A stretch of 64,000 nucleotides of DNA from a virus. Taxonomy: Duplodnaviria; Heunggongvirae; Uroviricota; Caudoviricetes. Shown here piece by piece: positions 28,208 through 38,053 of the stretch. How positions within the stretch are numbered: position 1 is the first letter of the stretch; each line of letters starts with the position of its first letter. Both the position numbers and the translations under genes were made by a program. The notes under the pieces are model-generated. The model was not told where the DNA came from, did no database searches, and was given only the letters and a program-made list of their open reading frames with translations. Where the stretch lies: the IMG/VR virus record IMGVR_UViG_3300034160_000140. One strand, given 5' to 3'.

Positions 28208-29080
28208 ATGTTCCATACCAACGGAAACCGTCGCCCAAACCCTGTTCTGTCCATTGTGATCAATCATCATGGTAAAAGCTTCAATGAAGTGGTTCGTTTT
28301 GTAAATGGCTATTTCAGTGAGGTTAAAAACAGTCGCGTTTCCATGCTGTTGGATAAAAAGGTTTTTGCACAGGCACTGTATCCGCTGAAAACAGTGAACC
28401 GTATTGAGTGGAAATCGGTTGAAGACACTTACAAAAGTGAAGGTAACTACACTTTGTTCAACATCACCAAAACAGCCACTAAACATGAGGCTCTGTTGAA
28501 TATCTACATCATCCCACAAGAAATGTTGCTGGAAATGCCAAAGCAAAAGGACACTAACTTTGAAGCTACGATGAATCCTGATTTTGTCGTGGAAGAAAAA
28601 CGTCTTAGCCAAGGCCCGGTCATTACCGTTTTCACGACCGAAGACATTGATGGTGTTCATTACTTCAAAAGTCAAACGGAAGCTCTGTATTACGTCAAAG
28701 GCAATCAGTCTGCACTGTCTACTGTTGATGTTATTTGTGTCGGTGATGAATACTTTGAAGTGAAGGCTAAATTGCCCGCTTTCAAAGCCGTCAATGTCAA
28801 TGAACATAAACTGTTTGCTTTCCTGCCACACAAGGCACCAAAAGACCAGACAATGTTTTCGGCCAGTGTTGACCGTGCTGATCGAAATGTCTTCACTCAT
28901 GACGTGGATAGCTTCGAAGATGGCCTTTACAAAGTTCAAGGTAGCTTGACTGGGGCGGTTCTGGTTGAGACTTTGACCAGCAAAATCAAATCCAGCACTC
29001 GCAAAGCTTACTTCTTGAAATATGGTTCGGATGAATACAAAAAAGTAGTGGCTGAAATGCCAATGGTTACGACTGTTTAA
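28208..29080 (+). CDS. hypothetical protein
   Basis: ATGAGGA Shine-Dalgarno site then ATG 28208. Confidence 0.5.
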   Translation: MFHTNGNRRPNPVLSIVINHHGKSFNEVVRFVNGYFSEVKNSRVSMLLDKKVFAQALYPLKTVNRIEWKSVEDTYKSEGNYTLFNITKTATKHEALLNIYIIPQEMLLEMPKQKDTNFEATMNPDFVVEEKRLSQGPVITVFTTEDIDGVHYFKSQTEALYYVKGNQSALSTVDVICVGDEYFEVKAKLPAFKAVNVNEHKLFAFLPHKAPKDQTMFSASVDRADRNVFTHDVDSFEDGLYKVQGSLTGAVLVETLTSKIKSSTRKAYFLKYGSDEYKKVVAEMPMVTTV

Positions 29081-29221
29081 CCATTCAAGACTATTATAAA
29101 AGACCTAGTGATAGGTCTTTTTTTATTACAAAAAATGCAAAAAACATATTTTTCAAAGTAATAATCGACAATTCTTCATTTCTTTGATATAATTCCACCA
29201 ACTTAAAAACGAGATAATATT

Positions 29222-29641
29222 ATGTCAAATCCAGAACCAGCGACTAGCCTAATGCCAGAAAGTGGACAACAATGGAAATATGTTGAAGAATTTGATTTTT
29301 TAAATAATTCAATTCCGTTCACTGTTCTTGATGTCACTGAGAATGTGGTTTATTTCACACCTGACAAAATGCACTTTAAAGACGGTGCCTTTCACAATGA
29401 ACTCACTATTCATAATGCTTATGGCACAACTTGTTTTTCAATGGAACCTTTTACTTACAGAAAGGGCATTCCAAGTAAAATTTTGCACAAGCCGTTGAAT
29501 TACCGTAAACTTCGGCTGGATTTGTTCTTGAATGAGTTTCAGCTTGCTCCCGAGACAATCACTGTTGTAGAAAATCGCAAATCTTCAGGTTTTCTATCCA
29601 CATTGTTTGGTAAACTAAAATCCAAAGTGTCTGCTATTTGA
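29222..29641 (+). CDS. hypothetical protein
   Basis: Promoter ttgaTATAAT at ~29185. Confidence 0.5.
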   Translation: MSNPEPATSLMPESGQQWKYVEEFDFLNNSIPFTVLDVTENVVYFTPDKMHFKDGAFHNELTIHNAYGTTCFSMEPFTYRKGIPSKILHKPLNYRKLRLDLFLNEFQLAPETITVVENRKSSGFLSTLFGKLKSKVSAI

Positions 29642-29719
29642 TAATTAAATAGCAACATCATCGTGTATCTTTTTATCGACACTTAGATATTTTTTTGGTA
29701 TAATTCAGGTTATCCAATA

Positions 29720-30514
29720 ATGTCTAGGTGTCTTCACATGTCTATCAATCCCAAAGGTGTTTACGATACGTTTTATAAGGACACCTATATTCCTTTGAGT
29801 GAAACGATTGTTCGGCTGAATATGCTGGCTGCCTTCATTGAAAGAAAATCATGTTTTCTTGATGCAAAAAAAGCACACATGACGGCTGATGATCAGACTG
29901 GTCGCAAGGAAAACACTGATCAGTGCAGTATCATGGAGTGGGCTGCACAAGATCCGGTTTTTAATGCCAAGGGATTGTGGTTGACTGACAAACAAAGCAC
30001 TGACAGTAAAGATTTTGTGCCGTCGCCCTACCCCCATTTTAAAACTTTTTACAATCTCTCTTTTGCACCTTCTGCGAAGACGAAAGAAGACGCCACTGAA
30101 TTTCATGGTAACTTTATTCCTTTGCCTGTTTTCTTTGGATTGCATCCAGCCGTGTATAAATACCTGATGTCAGCTCTTAACTACGAGTATGATTTTGGTA
30201 TTTTCAGACACTCTATCATTTTCTGGCTACAACAACTTCAAATTCCAGAAAGTTACTGGTCGAAACTTGACCTTTCAGAAACACATAAGTTTTTTAGATT
30301 CGGCCCTAATGATATGGTAAAACGTATTCGTTTTTTTATCAGCCTACTTGAACAATCTCCATTGACCAGCAGCTATGAAGCTACTTATGAGTTGTTAGGC
30401 TATCAAGAATGGGATCTTGAGAGACAATCCAAAAGCATGTCCACCAAAATCAAAAACTTCATAAAAAAAAGACCCGCACTTAATTTTTTGACATCTTTTT
30501 CTAAATCATCTTGA
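29720..30514 (+). CDS. hypothetical protein (start uncertain: 29720 or 29738)
   Basis: Promoter tgGTATAAT at ~29697; no clear Shine-Dalgarno site. Confidence 0.45.
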   Translation: MSRCLHMSINPKGVYDTFYKDTYIPLSETIVRLNMLAAFIERKSCFLDAKKAHMTADDQTGRKENTDQCSIMEWAAQDPVFNAKGLWLTDKQSTDSKDFVPSPYPHFKTFYNLSFAPSAKTKEDATEFHGNFIPLPVFFGLHPAVYKYLMSALNYEYDFGIFRHSIIFWLQQLQIPESYWSKLDLSETHKFFRFGPNDMVKRIRFFISLLEQSPLTSSYEATYELLGYQEWDLERQSKSMSTKIKNFIKKRPALNFLTSFSKSS

Positions 30515-30565
30515 TTAAAAACTAGTTTTGGGTGTATAATCAGCTATCTTAATGAGGGATTACCT

Positions 30566-30979
30566 ATGTACATTGAAAAATCAAATGTTGCTAACATTCC
30601 TAATCCAGTTGCAATTGCCGCTGAATTCTTTAATCGTTTGGATCAACTCAATTGTCAAGAATTTTTTAATTTTGATGATTTGTTTGATGTTAAAGAAGTT
30701 GTTGATAATATGTTGGCGTTGGAGCGTGATCTGGTTGATCCTTGCGAAACAGGTTACTCTCAACTTCCACGTAAAGGATTCCGTTTTGCTTATTACGGCA
30801 TGTTGGCCGATGATGCTCAGCTTTTTGATATGAATGGTTATCATGAAATTGAAAAACAAGCAAAAGAACTTGGGTACCATTTCTTCTCTGATGAAGCCTA
30901 TATTTATGTAGGTATTCCAGAAAATCAATTTTTGACACCTTATGTTGGAAAACTTAAAACGGCCTTTGAAGACGCTTAA
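30566..30979 (+). CDS. hypothetical acidic protein
   Basis: GAGGGA Shine-Dalgarno site; promoter gtGTATAAT at ~30530. Confidence 0.5.
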   Translation: MYIEKSNVANIPNPVAIAAEFFNRLDQLNCQEFFNFDDLFDVKEVVDNMLALERDLVDPCETGYSQLPRKGFRFAYYGMLADDAQLFDMNGYHEIEKQAKELGYHFFSDEAYIYVGIPENQFLTPYVGKLKTAFEDA

Positions 30980-31059
30980 AATCAGTTTTTTCTAAAAAAA
31001 ATATGACTTCTTTCTAAGAATGGGGTATAACAGCCCCATTAACTCAACAGGTGATTATC

Positions 31060-31326
31060 ATGGTTGATCGACATATTGTACCAAAAGATGCTTTGGAACT
31101 GATCACTACACAGAAGACCGTGCCCTCTGGATCTACTATTGTCATTCTCGCCAGTGACGTTCTGGCATTGCGTGAAAAACTGGGTTTTTTTGAAATCATT
31201 GCAAAAGAACACCGTGACCTGTTGCAACGCCTTCGCTATTCGGATAATGATGAAGGTGATCGTGATGCGGATCGTGCCCGCGAAACCATTCGTGTAATCA
31301 ATGTAAAATTAGCTCAAAAAGTTTAA
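31060..31326 (+). CDS. hypothetical protein
   Basis: CAGGTGA Shine-Dalgarno site then ATG 31060. Confidence 0.45.
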   Translation: MVDRHIVPKDALELITTQKTVPSGSTIVILASDVLALREKLGFFEIIAKEHRDLLQRLRYSDNDEGDRDADRARETIRVINVKLAQKV

Positions 31327-31398
31327 AATTCCCTTGTAAATGTGGTTTTTGATTGATATAATTACCCCACACAAACAGATACCTAAGAGGTTATCAAC

Positions 31399-31758
31399 AT
31401 GGCTACTCTTCAACAGTTGAAGAACAAAGAAATGTCCTACAACGAAACCAACAAAGACCAATTTCACCGTGCCGGTAAAAAAGCACTGAAAGAACTGGCT
31501 GTGAAGCTGAATCTTCCAGCAGGTGGTTTTGAAGTTCGTAGCAATAAAGGTGGCATTGCAGTCTCGGGTGAAGTCACCCTGCACAGCGAAAGCCTGTATG
31601 TTCAAATCTCCGACTCTTCTTCGGGTCGTGGCCTGCAGGTTCTGTTCCGCACTTGCAAAGGTATGAAAGACTACTCTGGTGGTCAAAACAACTTTGCTGA
31701 CATCGACCGCTTCGAATCGGAAGCTTTTGTTGAGCAACTGAAAAAAATGGCCGCATAA
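31399..31758 (+). CDS. hypothetical protein
   Basis: AGAGG Shine-Dalgarno site; promoter tgaTATAAT at ~31352; terminator 31775-31800. Confidence 0.5.
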   Translation: MATLQQLKNKEMSYNETNKDQFHRAGKKALKELAVKLNLPAGGFEVRSNKGGIAVSGEVTLHSESLYVQISDSSSGRGLQVLFRTCKGMKDYSGGQNNFADIDRFESEAFVEQLKKMAA

Positions 31759-31933
31759 CCAAACGGTCTACCAAAGACCCGGACTTAGTTCCGGGTTTTT
31801 TATTTCTTAAATTTGTCTCAATTGTCAAGCCTTAAATCTAGAATAAATGTCATTTTTATTTGATAAATTGCTTGTCGATTTATCCATACGCTGTTATAAT
31901 AATCCCACTTAACCCAATCAAGGAAACAAAAAC

Positions 31934-32338
31934 ATGAAAGCATCTACTCTCTCCATTCTCATCGGTGCCTTGATCGCAGCCGTTCACCAGCTCGATAAAA
32001 ACATGGCGTTGTTGGACAGCGTTACCGGCTTCGACACTGTTGACCAAGAAGCCAATGGCCGTTTGGCTAACAAGCACAAGTCCACAATCACCCGTCTTGA
32101 CGGCCTCGTTTGCGACATGCGTGCCGCTGACCTTGATGGTGAACGTTCGGTTCGTCTTGACCCAATGCAACTGCATAGCGTTAACCGGGCAGTGGCTGAA
32201 CACATTGCCGAACTGGAAAAAGCAATGTCCTACTTCTGCCAAATGAAAGAAGCTGAATTTACGGTTCGCTCTTTCCAAGACAAAATCGAAGACCTGCATA
32301 TGGCTGTGTTCCAAGCCAATAGCTGGGGCATTCGCTAA
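31934..32338 (+). CDS. hypothetical protein
   Basis: AAGGAAA Shine-Dalgarno site; promoter ctGTTATAAT at ~31893. Confidence 0.5.
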   Translation: MKASTLSILIGALIAAVHQLDKNMALLDSVTGFDTVDQEANGRLANKHKSTITRLDGLVCDMRAADLDGERSVRLDPMQLHSVNRAVAEHIAELEKAMSYFCQMKEAEFTVRSFQDKIEDLHMAVFQANSWGIR

Positions 32339-32361
32339 CCCATAGCGATAAGTCATTGAAA

Positions 32362-32391
32362 AGGCATTCCAGCGATGGGGTGCCTTTTTTG
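32362..32391 (+). terminator. rho-independent terminator; near-copies at ~33125-33160 and ~33915-33945
   Basis: ggcattccagcgatggggtgcc followed by T6; the related hairpins ggcattccagcattggagtgcc and gggcagtccagcgatggagtgcc follow the next two genes. Confidence 0.7.
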
Positions 32392-32474
32392 CTTTCAATA
32401 AATGTTGTTTTTGTCTTCGGATAATGTTACAATGTCGGCACGATTAAAGAATCTTTCAACTTATGGTGAACTTG

Positions 32475-33119
32475 ATGAATCTGACTTATGAAGAACTTCA
32501 AACTTTGACCACTGCCTACAAATCAGCGAAAGAAGAGTTGGGTAAAAAATTGGTGAGCTTGCCTGCAAGCACAAAAGTCTATAACCCAGCTACTCAGACA
32601 GAATCGAGCCTCTTTGACATTCTTCGTGCTATGAATGACGATGTTATGCCAGAAGAAGTAAAACCCGCTCACGAAGCCGCTCTACAAGCTTTGTTGACCT
32701 TTCAAAACCTCATGAATGAAAAGATTTATGAAGCCAAGGCCAACAACTACACGGTAAGCATGGCTATTAGAAACTTGCATTCGGAATACCTTAAAGCTAC
32801 TGACATTCCAGAACGTTTGCTTTCAGCCGTCTTGTTGGTTAACAAGAAAAATATTGCAGAAGCCGACCACTCTATTCTGGTGGATATTTATAAATCATTG
32901 GGACTGACGCATTACTCCACCCATACTGCCCGTGACATCGTATATTACAATCCAGCCCAGCTTGATTTGGACGGTTTGAAAAATATGGTTGTCATGAATT
33001 CACCTTCACTGTTTCAACACAATTACCCCAACTTTTGGGATAACATGACGGGTGAATACGTTGATGCGGACCCTTTGACGGCTTGTATGTTGATGGTTTT
33101 TAATGCACGAAAAGCTTAA
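32475..33119 (+). CDS. family-A protein (paralog 3 of 4)
   Basis: IYKSLGLTHYSTHTARDIVYYNPAQL; N-terminus MNLTYEELQTLTTAYKSAKEEL parallels 33244 MTLTVEDVKKLTADFQAAKQEL. Confidence 0.55.
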   Translation: MNLTYEELQTLTTAYKSAKEELGKKLVSLPASTKVYNPATQTESSLFDILRAMNDDVMPEEVKPAHEAALQALLTFQNLMNEKIYEAKANNYTVSMAIRNLHSEYLKATDIPERLLSAVLLVNKKNIAEADHSILVDIYKSLGLTHYSTHTARDIVYYNPAQLDLDGLKNMVVMNSPSLFQHNYPNFWDNMTGEYVDADPLTACMLMVFNARKA

Positions 33120-33243
33120 CGTCCACAATATAGGCATTCCAGCATTGGAGTGCCTTTTTCTTTTTTATAATGTTGTTTTTGTAGTGTTTCAATGCTATAA
33201 TAGCTCATTAGTTTAATCATCAAACCTACTTAGGGTGACAAAA

Positions 33244-33891
33244 ATGACATTGACTGTTGAAGACGTAAAAAAACTGACGGCTGATTTTCAAGCAGCAAAG
33301 CAAGAACTTCAAGCAAAAATTCAACGTGCCCCTGACTCTCCTGATATTTGGGATGAAGATCATGAAGAAAGTTCCTCATTGGCTGATCTTATTCGTGGTT
33401 TGAATACCGACACCATGCCGCCTGCTGCATTGGCAATGCAAGAACAGCTTATTGCTGACCTTGAAGTTTTCGGTAACGCTATCAATAGCAAAATTTCCGA
33501 AGTTTCAATTCATAACACCCGTATTCAGCTTGAAATTGAAAAGCTGACCAAAGACTTCTTGGCCGCTATTCGCGTTCCTGAGAGCGATTTGGGAGCCGCA
33601 TTGCTCATCAACAAGAAAATCATCGACCCTCTTGATTATGAGGCTCTGGTGTCGGTGTATCGTGAGCTGGGCTTTACCAACTTTGAAATCAAAGCTCAAA
33701 AAGACATTGTGTATTACAACCCAGACATTAAGCATTTCAACACCTTGAAGGACGAAATCTTCGAGGCTTTCCCGAAAGACTTTCGTAAAAAATATCCAAC
33801 ATTCTTGAACTTTATTCAAAACAGTATTGTCCGCACCAATCCTGTTTATGGGCATGGACTCATTCAAGTAATGGAAGCACGCCAAGTATAA
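33244..33891 (+). CDS. family-A protein (paralog 4 of 4)
   Basis: VYRELGFTNFEIKAQKDIVYYNPDIK. Confidence 0.55.
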   Translation: MTLTVEDVKKLTADFQAAKQELQAKIQRAPDSPDIWDEDHEESSSLADLIRGLNTDTMPPAALAMQEQLIADLEVFGNAINSKISEVSIHNTRIQLEIEKLTKDFLAAIRVPESDLGAALLINKKIIDPLDYEALVSVYRELGFTNFEIKAQKDIVYYNPDIKHFNTLKDEIFEAFPKDFRKKYPTFLNFIQNSIVRTNPVYGHGLIQVMEARQV

Positions 33892-34027
33892 AAAAACCCA
33901 GTTGATGAAAGGGCAGTCCAGCGATGGAGTGCCTTTTTTGTTTATACAGCATTTAAAAATCAGCTTCTATTCTTTATTTACAGGCACAAAAAAACCGGAG
34001 TCACCCGGCTTTTCATTTCTGATGTAT

Positions 34028-34285
34028 TTAGCTTTTTACTTCGAAAAATGGTTCACGTTCGACCAGATCAGTCATTTGGCGTTTCAGTGTTTTGCCATAA
34101 TGCTTCCATGCTTCTAGTTCGCGATTAGCTATACGGTAAGCGTTATACGTGTTAACACCATACCATTCACCGTTTTCATACCGATACCAGCTTTCACAAT
34201 ATTGAAAGTCTGCACTTTCAGGAGCGTAGTGTGTGGTACCAGAAGGAGCTTCATGCCAAGGAATTTCTTTTATGGGTGCGTTCAT
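34028..34285 (-). CDS. hypothetical Trp/Tyr-rich protein on the minus strand
   Basis: Non-repetitive 85-aa ORF, convergent with the + genes, ending at hairpin ~33968-33992; weak Shine-Dalgarno site. Confidence 0.35.
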   Translation of the reverse strand: MNAPIKEIPWHEAPSGTTHYAPESADFQYCESWYRYENGEWYGVNTYNAYRIANRELEAWKHYGKTLKRQMTDLVEREPFFEVKS

Positions 34286-34428
34286 TTTTAAGATTCCATT
34301 ATGTAGTTTTGGATATCTATTATAATACTATTGATACAAAATAACAAGCCTTCATAACCTTGACAAAATCTTGATTTTGAACATTTTCAATGGTATAATT
34401 ACGCCATATCTTACAGAGAGCAATCATC

Positions 34429-34860
34429 ATGTCGAACCCAACCATTTCAATGTCCAAAGTTGAAGATGATATTTCTAAAATTGTCGCATCAATCCGTGAA
34501 CGCATCAATGTTCCGGGTTACGCTTACCCAGCGATCACTGAAAAGCTCAATCTCAAAGCTTACTCTGTTGATTTGGCGTTTCTTTCTGAAATCTTGAAAC
34601 ATTCAGAAGTTTATTTTAACCGCGATTCTGAACTGTTTTACATGGCAGTTGCTCGCCCAAGTTGGGAAAAAGCCCCTGAATGGGCCAACTTCTTGACGGG
34701 TAGTAAAGATGGCTTTTGGTGCTGGCATGAGAAGAAACCGACGTTTCAGGCGTTTGATATGTTCAACCCTGTTGCTCGTATGCAGTCGATTGACACTGGC
34801 TTGAGCAATCCAATGTGGGGACGTGAAATTTTCGAACGACCTACAAAGGTTGACGCATGA
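34429..34860 (+). CDS. hypothetical protein
   Basis: GAGAG Shine-Dalgarno site; promoter tgGTATAAT at ~34388. Confidence 0.5.
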   Translation: MSNPTISMSKVEDDISKIVASIRERINVPGYAYPAITEKLNLKAYSVDLAFLSEILKHSEVYFNRDSELFYMAVARPSWEKAPEWANFLTGSKDGFWCWHEKKPTFQAFDMFNPVARMQSIDTGLSNPMWGREIFERPTKVDA

Positions 34861-35282
34861 CGGCTTTGAATGTGGGTGATATTTTCGAGTATCACCAATT
34901 TAGCGATTCTTATATTGCGTTTGTCGCTAAGGATGAACGCATTGTTCTTTTTAAACCGGCTACAACTTATAGTAAGTATTACTTGAAGTATTGTGCAGCA
35001 TTAACAGAAGCAAGCCATGCCGAAGTTATTAAAGATCCTAAGTTTAAAAAATGTCACTTGGACAATATGCCGGATGATTTTAAAGCCTGCTATGCACAAG
35101 AGTTCTCGACATTGAAAAAAGGCTCGAAAGTTGACTTCAATTATCGTGGAACCATTATTTCTGGTGTTGTTGTTCAGCGTCATACATTAGTGATGGCGAA
35201 ATTTTCTCTTAATTCAACCATCATTCATATCACGGCAGAACCTTATCTTTTCACTCAGAAAACTGATTTATGTGTATCATGA
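34857..35282 (+). CDS. hypothetical protein (translationally coupled, ATGA overlap)
   Basis: 4-nt overlap with the upstream gene. Confidence 0.5.
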   Translation: MTALNVGDIFEYHQFSDSYIAFVAKDERIVLFKPATTYSKYYLKYCAALTEASHAEVIKDPKFKKCHLDNMPDDFKACYAQEFSTLKKGSKVDFNYRGTIISGVVVQRHTLVMAKFSLNSTIIHITAEPYLFTQKTDLCVS

Positions 35283-35337
35283 AACTTCGGTTTCTGTTAC
35301 AATAGATTTAACATCAATAGAACAAGGCAACACCATC

Positions 35338-35832
35338 ATGAAATCATTCAAAAAAGATGAAAAAATTCCCGGTTGTGGTTATTTCTTTGTGCGTGAACGT
35401 GGTGTTGATGGTATTCATGCTTTCGAAAAGCACCGTCGCCTTCGTGTCTTTTTTCATAAAGGTTTATCTTGTGTAACGCCTAATTGCCAGAATGTGGGTA
35501 ATCGGTTGATTTTTTCCCGTGATAGCCAAGGTGGTGGACATTGGGACTTGTTTACTGACGATATGGTTTTGATGACTATTGACCATATTACTGCCAAGAA
35601 AAATGGCGGTAGCAATGAACTTGAAAACCTTCAGCCTATGTGCTGCCACTGTAATACTACGAAAGGCCATCAGGTTATCACGTTGGATGAACTGGCTGTC
35701 CAAATGATTGATTTTGAGGCAAGGATGGAAGCTAAAAAGCAAAAAAAACGTGAACGTCGAGATCCTGTTGTTATTGCAAGAAAAAGGGAAGAACGGAAGA
35801 AAAAACGCGAAATGGTTGCCGAAGCAGCTTAA
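35338..35832 (+). CDS. HNH endonuclease (free-standing, homing-endonuclease-like)
   Basis: MTIDHITAKKNGGSNELENLQPMCCHCNTTKG carries the canonical DH..K..GG.....N...C..CN motif, with an upstream Cys pair; own promoter ctgTTACAAT and terminator 35843-35870. Confidence 0.7.
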   Translation: MKSFKKDEKIPGCGYFFVRERGVDGIHAFEKHRRLRVFFHKGLSCVTPNCQNVGNRLIFSRDSQGGGHWDLFTDDMVLMTIDHITAKKNGGSNELENLQPMCCHCNTTKGHQVITLDELAVQMIDFEARMEAKKQKKRERRDPVVIARKREERKKKREMVAEAA

Positions 35833-35921
35833 AAAAACACTATTAAAAGCCGCCTTCTTGGCGGTTTTTTGTTTCATTAAACTTAATTTTGTGCTATAAT
35901 TACGCCAAATTAGGAGGATTT

Positions 35922-36728
35922 ATGGCTATCAGCAATCCCATTACCGTAACGAAAAAATACTTTTCAGACAAGATTGATAGTTTCTATATCAATGCTCTCT
36001 GTCCTGTCAATAATCGTTTGGCTTGGTTTATGCGGGATATGATGAGAGCCACACCTGACCGAAAAACGTGGAATCGTTTCTTTGTCGATAGCGATTATGA
36101 TTTACTTCGTCATGCTGGTGAGGATATTGGCATTCTGGCCGAAGATTACAATGCTGTAATGGTGTTTAACGAAAACTATGTTAAATCCCTTAAAATCAGT
36201 TATCCTGAACAATTCTTGGATTTGAGCAATCAAGTGCTGCAAGTCGCTTACATGGCTGCTTATTTCTATCCCGCCAGTAAAAATGAAGCCGTTATGATGC
36301 ATAATTCAATCGGCCTTATTCAAAGTAAAAAAGGCACTTTGCAATACGATTACGAATTTCAACATAATAGTAACTATAAAAATAATAATTTTGAACAACG
36401 CACCCAAATTTTAAAACGAAAAGGCCATGATGATATTTTCATTTGCCGTTTTGAAGTCGGTTCGATTTACGAACATGAAAAAGTCAGTGTGTTTGTGGGT
36501 TATGATAATGAAAACTTGTATTATAATTATCACCCAAGTGAGTCTGGCTCTGTTTTTACAATAACGCCTATGAAAACTGATGAATTGATGACTAAATTTA
36601 AAGTTGTCAGTCGGGATGAACTTTTTAAAAATCTGACTGTCGATTTGATTGGTTTTATGACTGGCGTGAAACCTGCGACCATTCCAACTCAGCGTGACAA
36701 GCTTCTTTTAGACATGATTGAAATATAA
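35922..36728 (+). CDS. hypothetical protein
   Basis: TAGGAGG Shine-Dalgarno site then ATG 35922; promoter gtgcTATAAT at ~35893. Confidence 0.5.
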   Translation: MAISNPITVTKKYFSDKIDSFYINALCPVNNRLAWFMRDMMRATPDRKTWNRFFVDSDYDLLRHAGEDIGILAEDYNAVMVFNENYVKSLKISYPEQFLDLSNQVLQVAYMAAYFYPASKNEAVMMHNSIGLIQSKKGTLQYDYEFQHNSNYKNNNFEQRTQILKRKGHDDIFICRFEVGSIYEHEKVSVFVGYDNENLYYNYHPSESGSVFTITPMKTDELMTKFKVVSRDELFKNLTVDLIGFMTGVKPATIPTQRDKLLLDMIEI

Positions 36729-36798
36729 ATCATAGAAAATTATTGCCAAAACATGGTTTTTTGGTGTATAATAGCTTATCAATCAGGAGTTATATCGT

Positions 36799-37002
36799 AT
36801 GACCAACAAAACAGTTAAACGCGAAGGTATTGTCCATATCACCCCAGATGGCAAAATTGCTCCTGTTAAGTTTTCTGTTTCCAGTGATCTTCATTTTGAT
36901 TTTCCGCGTGGTGGTTTTGGTGGGCATGTTGATGATGAACCCTTTGTGATTCCCGTTCAACGAGAATTTAAAGAAGAACGAAGAGTCTTCCTTTCCCAGT
37001 AA
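36799..37002 (+). CDS. hypothetical small protein
   Basis: CAGGAG Shine-Dalgarno site. Confidence 0.4.
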   Translation: MTNKTVKREGIVHITPDGKIAPVKFSVSSDLHFDFPRGGFGGHVDDEPFVIPVQREFKEERRVFLSQ

Positions 37003-37060
37003 AATTCAGTTATAATACCGCTATTCGCAAGACATTAAATGACCAAGGAGTTCCACCTTT

Positions 37061-37663
37061 ATGACCATTCCAGTATTCAATATCAAAGAAATCATTTCTC
37101 ATGTTAAGCGTTCCTTTATGCAAGTGGAACAGGTGAAAGGCTCCTATGAGAGTATTTTTGGCGGCACCAAAGAAATCGATCATTATGTGCTCACTAAACC
37201 GTCAGCCATCTGCCTGACCCTGTATGACAAGGCGACTGATGAATTCGTTTTCGTGAAGCAATTCCGCATGGGTGCCTTCAAACATCCTGACGAAACTGAT
37301 GCTTGGGTTATCGAGCCTGTGGCCGGTCATATCGACCCGAAAGAAGACCCCCTGCTGGCCGCTCAGCGTGAAGGTGAAGAAGAAACCAATATGCTGATCA
37401 AGTTGGAAGACATTCGTTACCTGTGCAAAGGCTACACCAGTGCTGGTATTTCCAACGAAATGCACCACACCTACTTTGCCTATGTGGACTCTTCGAGCTT
37501 CGACCTGAACCGTTCGCATGGTATTGATGATGAAGACATTCAAATCATCAAAATCAGTCGTGAAGATACCATGAAGATGATTGAAAGTGGCGAAATTCGC
37601 ACTTGCAGTGCTATCATCGGTGTTTCACTGGCAATTGCAAAAGGTTTGGTGCCAGCACAATAA
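37061..37663 (+). CDS. Nudix hydrolase (ADP-ribose/NDP-sugar pyrophosphatase-like)
   Basis: Nudix box GHIDPKEDPLLAAQREGEEETNM fits Gx5Ex7REUxEExGU; AAGGAG Shine-Dalgarno site. Confidence 0.7.
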   Translation: MTIPVFNIKEIISHVKRSFMQVEQVKGSYESIFGGTKEIDHYVLTKPSAICLTLYDKATDEFVFVKQFRMGAFKHPDETDAWVIEPVAGHIDPKEDPLLAAQREGEEETNMLIKLEDIRYLCKGYTSAGISNEMHHTYFAYVDSSSFDLNRSHGIDDEDIQIIKISREDTMKMIESGEIRTCSAIIGVSLAIAKGLVPAQ

Positions 37664-37728
37664 AAGCTTTCAATATCAAGGTCTTTGTTGTATAATGAAG
37701 ACCTTCCCACCTTGTAGGAGTTTACACC

Positions 37729-37953
37729 ATGAGCCAGCCTGTTCACGCTAACGTTCCTGACAAAATGAGCATCCCACAAATCCTGCGTATGCATCAAGCC
37801 GGTGGTGTTTTGCACAGTGAACCTGCTTTTCCAACCAAAGACCTGTTGGTGGATACGCCAGAAGCTCAACTTCTTGCCAGCTTGTGGGACGACTTCAATA
37901 AAGCTAAAAAAGCTCTTGAAGCAAAAATTGCAGAGCTTTCTGCCACCGTTTAA
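37729..37953 (+). CDS. hypothetical protein
   Basis: TAGGAG Shine-Dalgarno site; terminator 37962-37996. Confidence 0.45.
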   Translation: MSQPVHANVPDKMSIPQILRMHQAGGVLHSEPAFPTKDLLVDTPEAQLLASLWDDFNKAKKALEAKIAELSATV

Positions 37954-38053
37954 AACTAACATTTTTTCATGGCCTATCGCTTGATAGGCTTTTTTTTGTT
38001 TTTAATTCGTGTTATAATGATTGCCTAATTTGATAAACCATTTGGAGTTTGAT

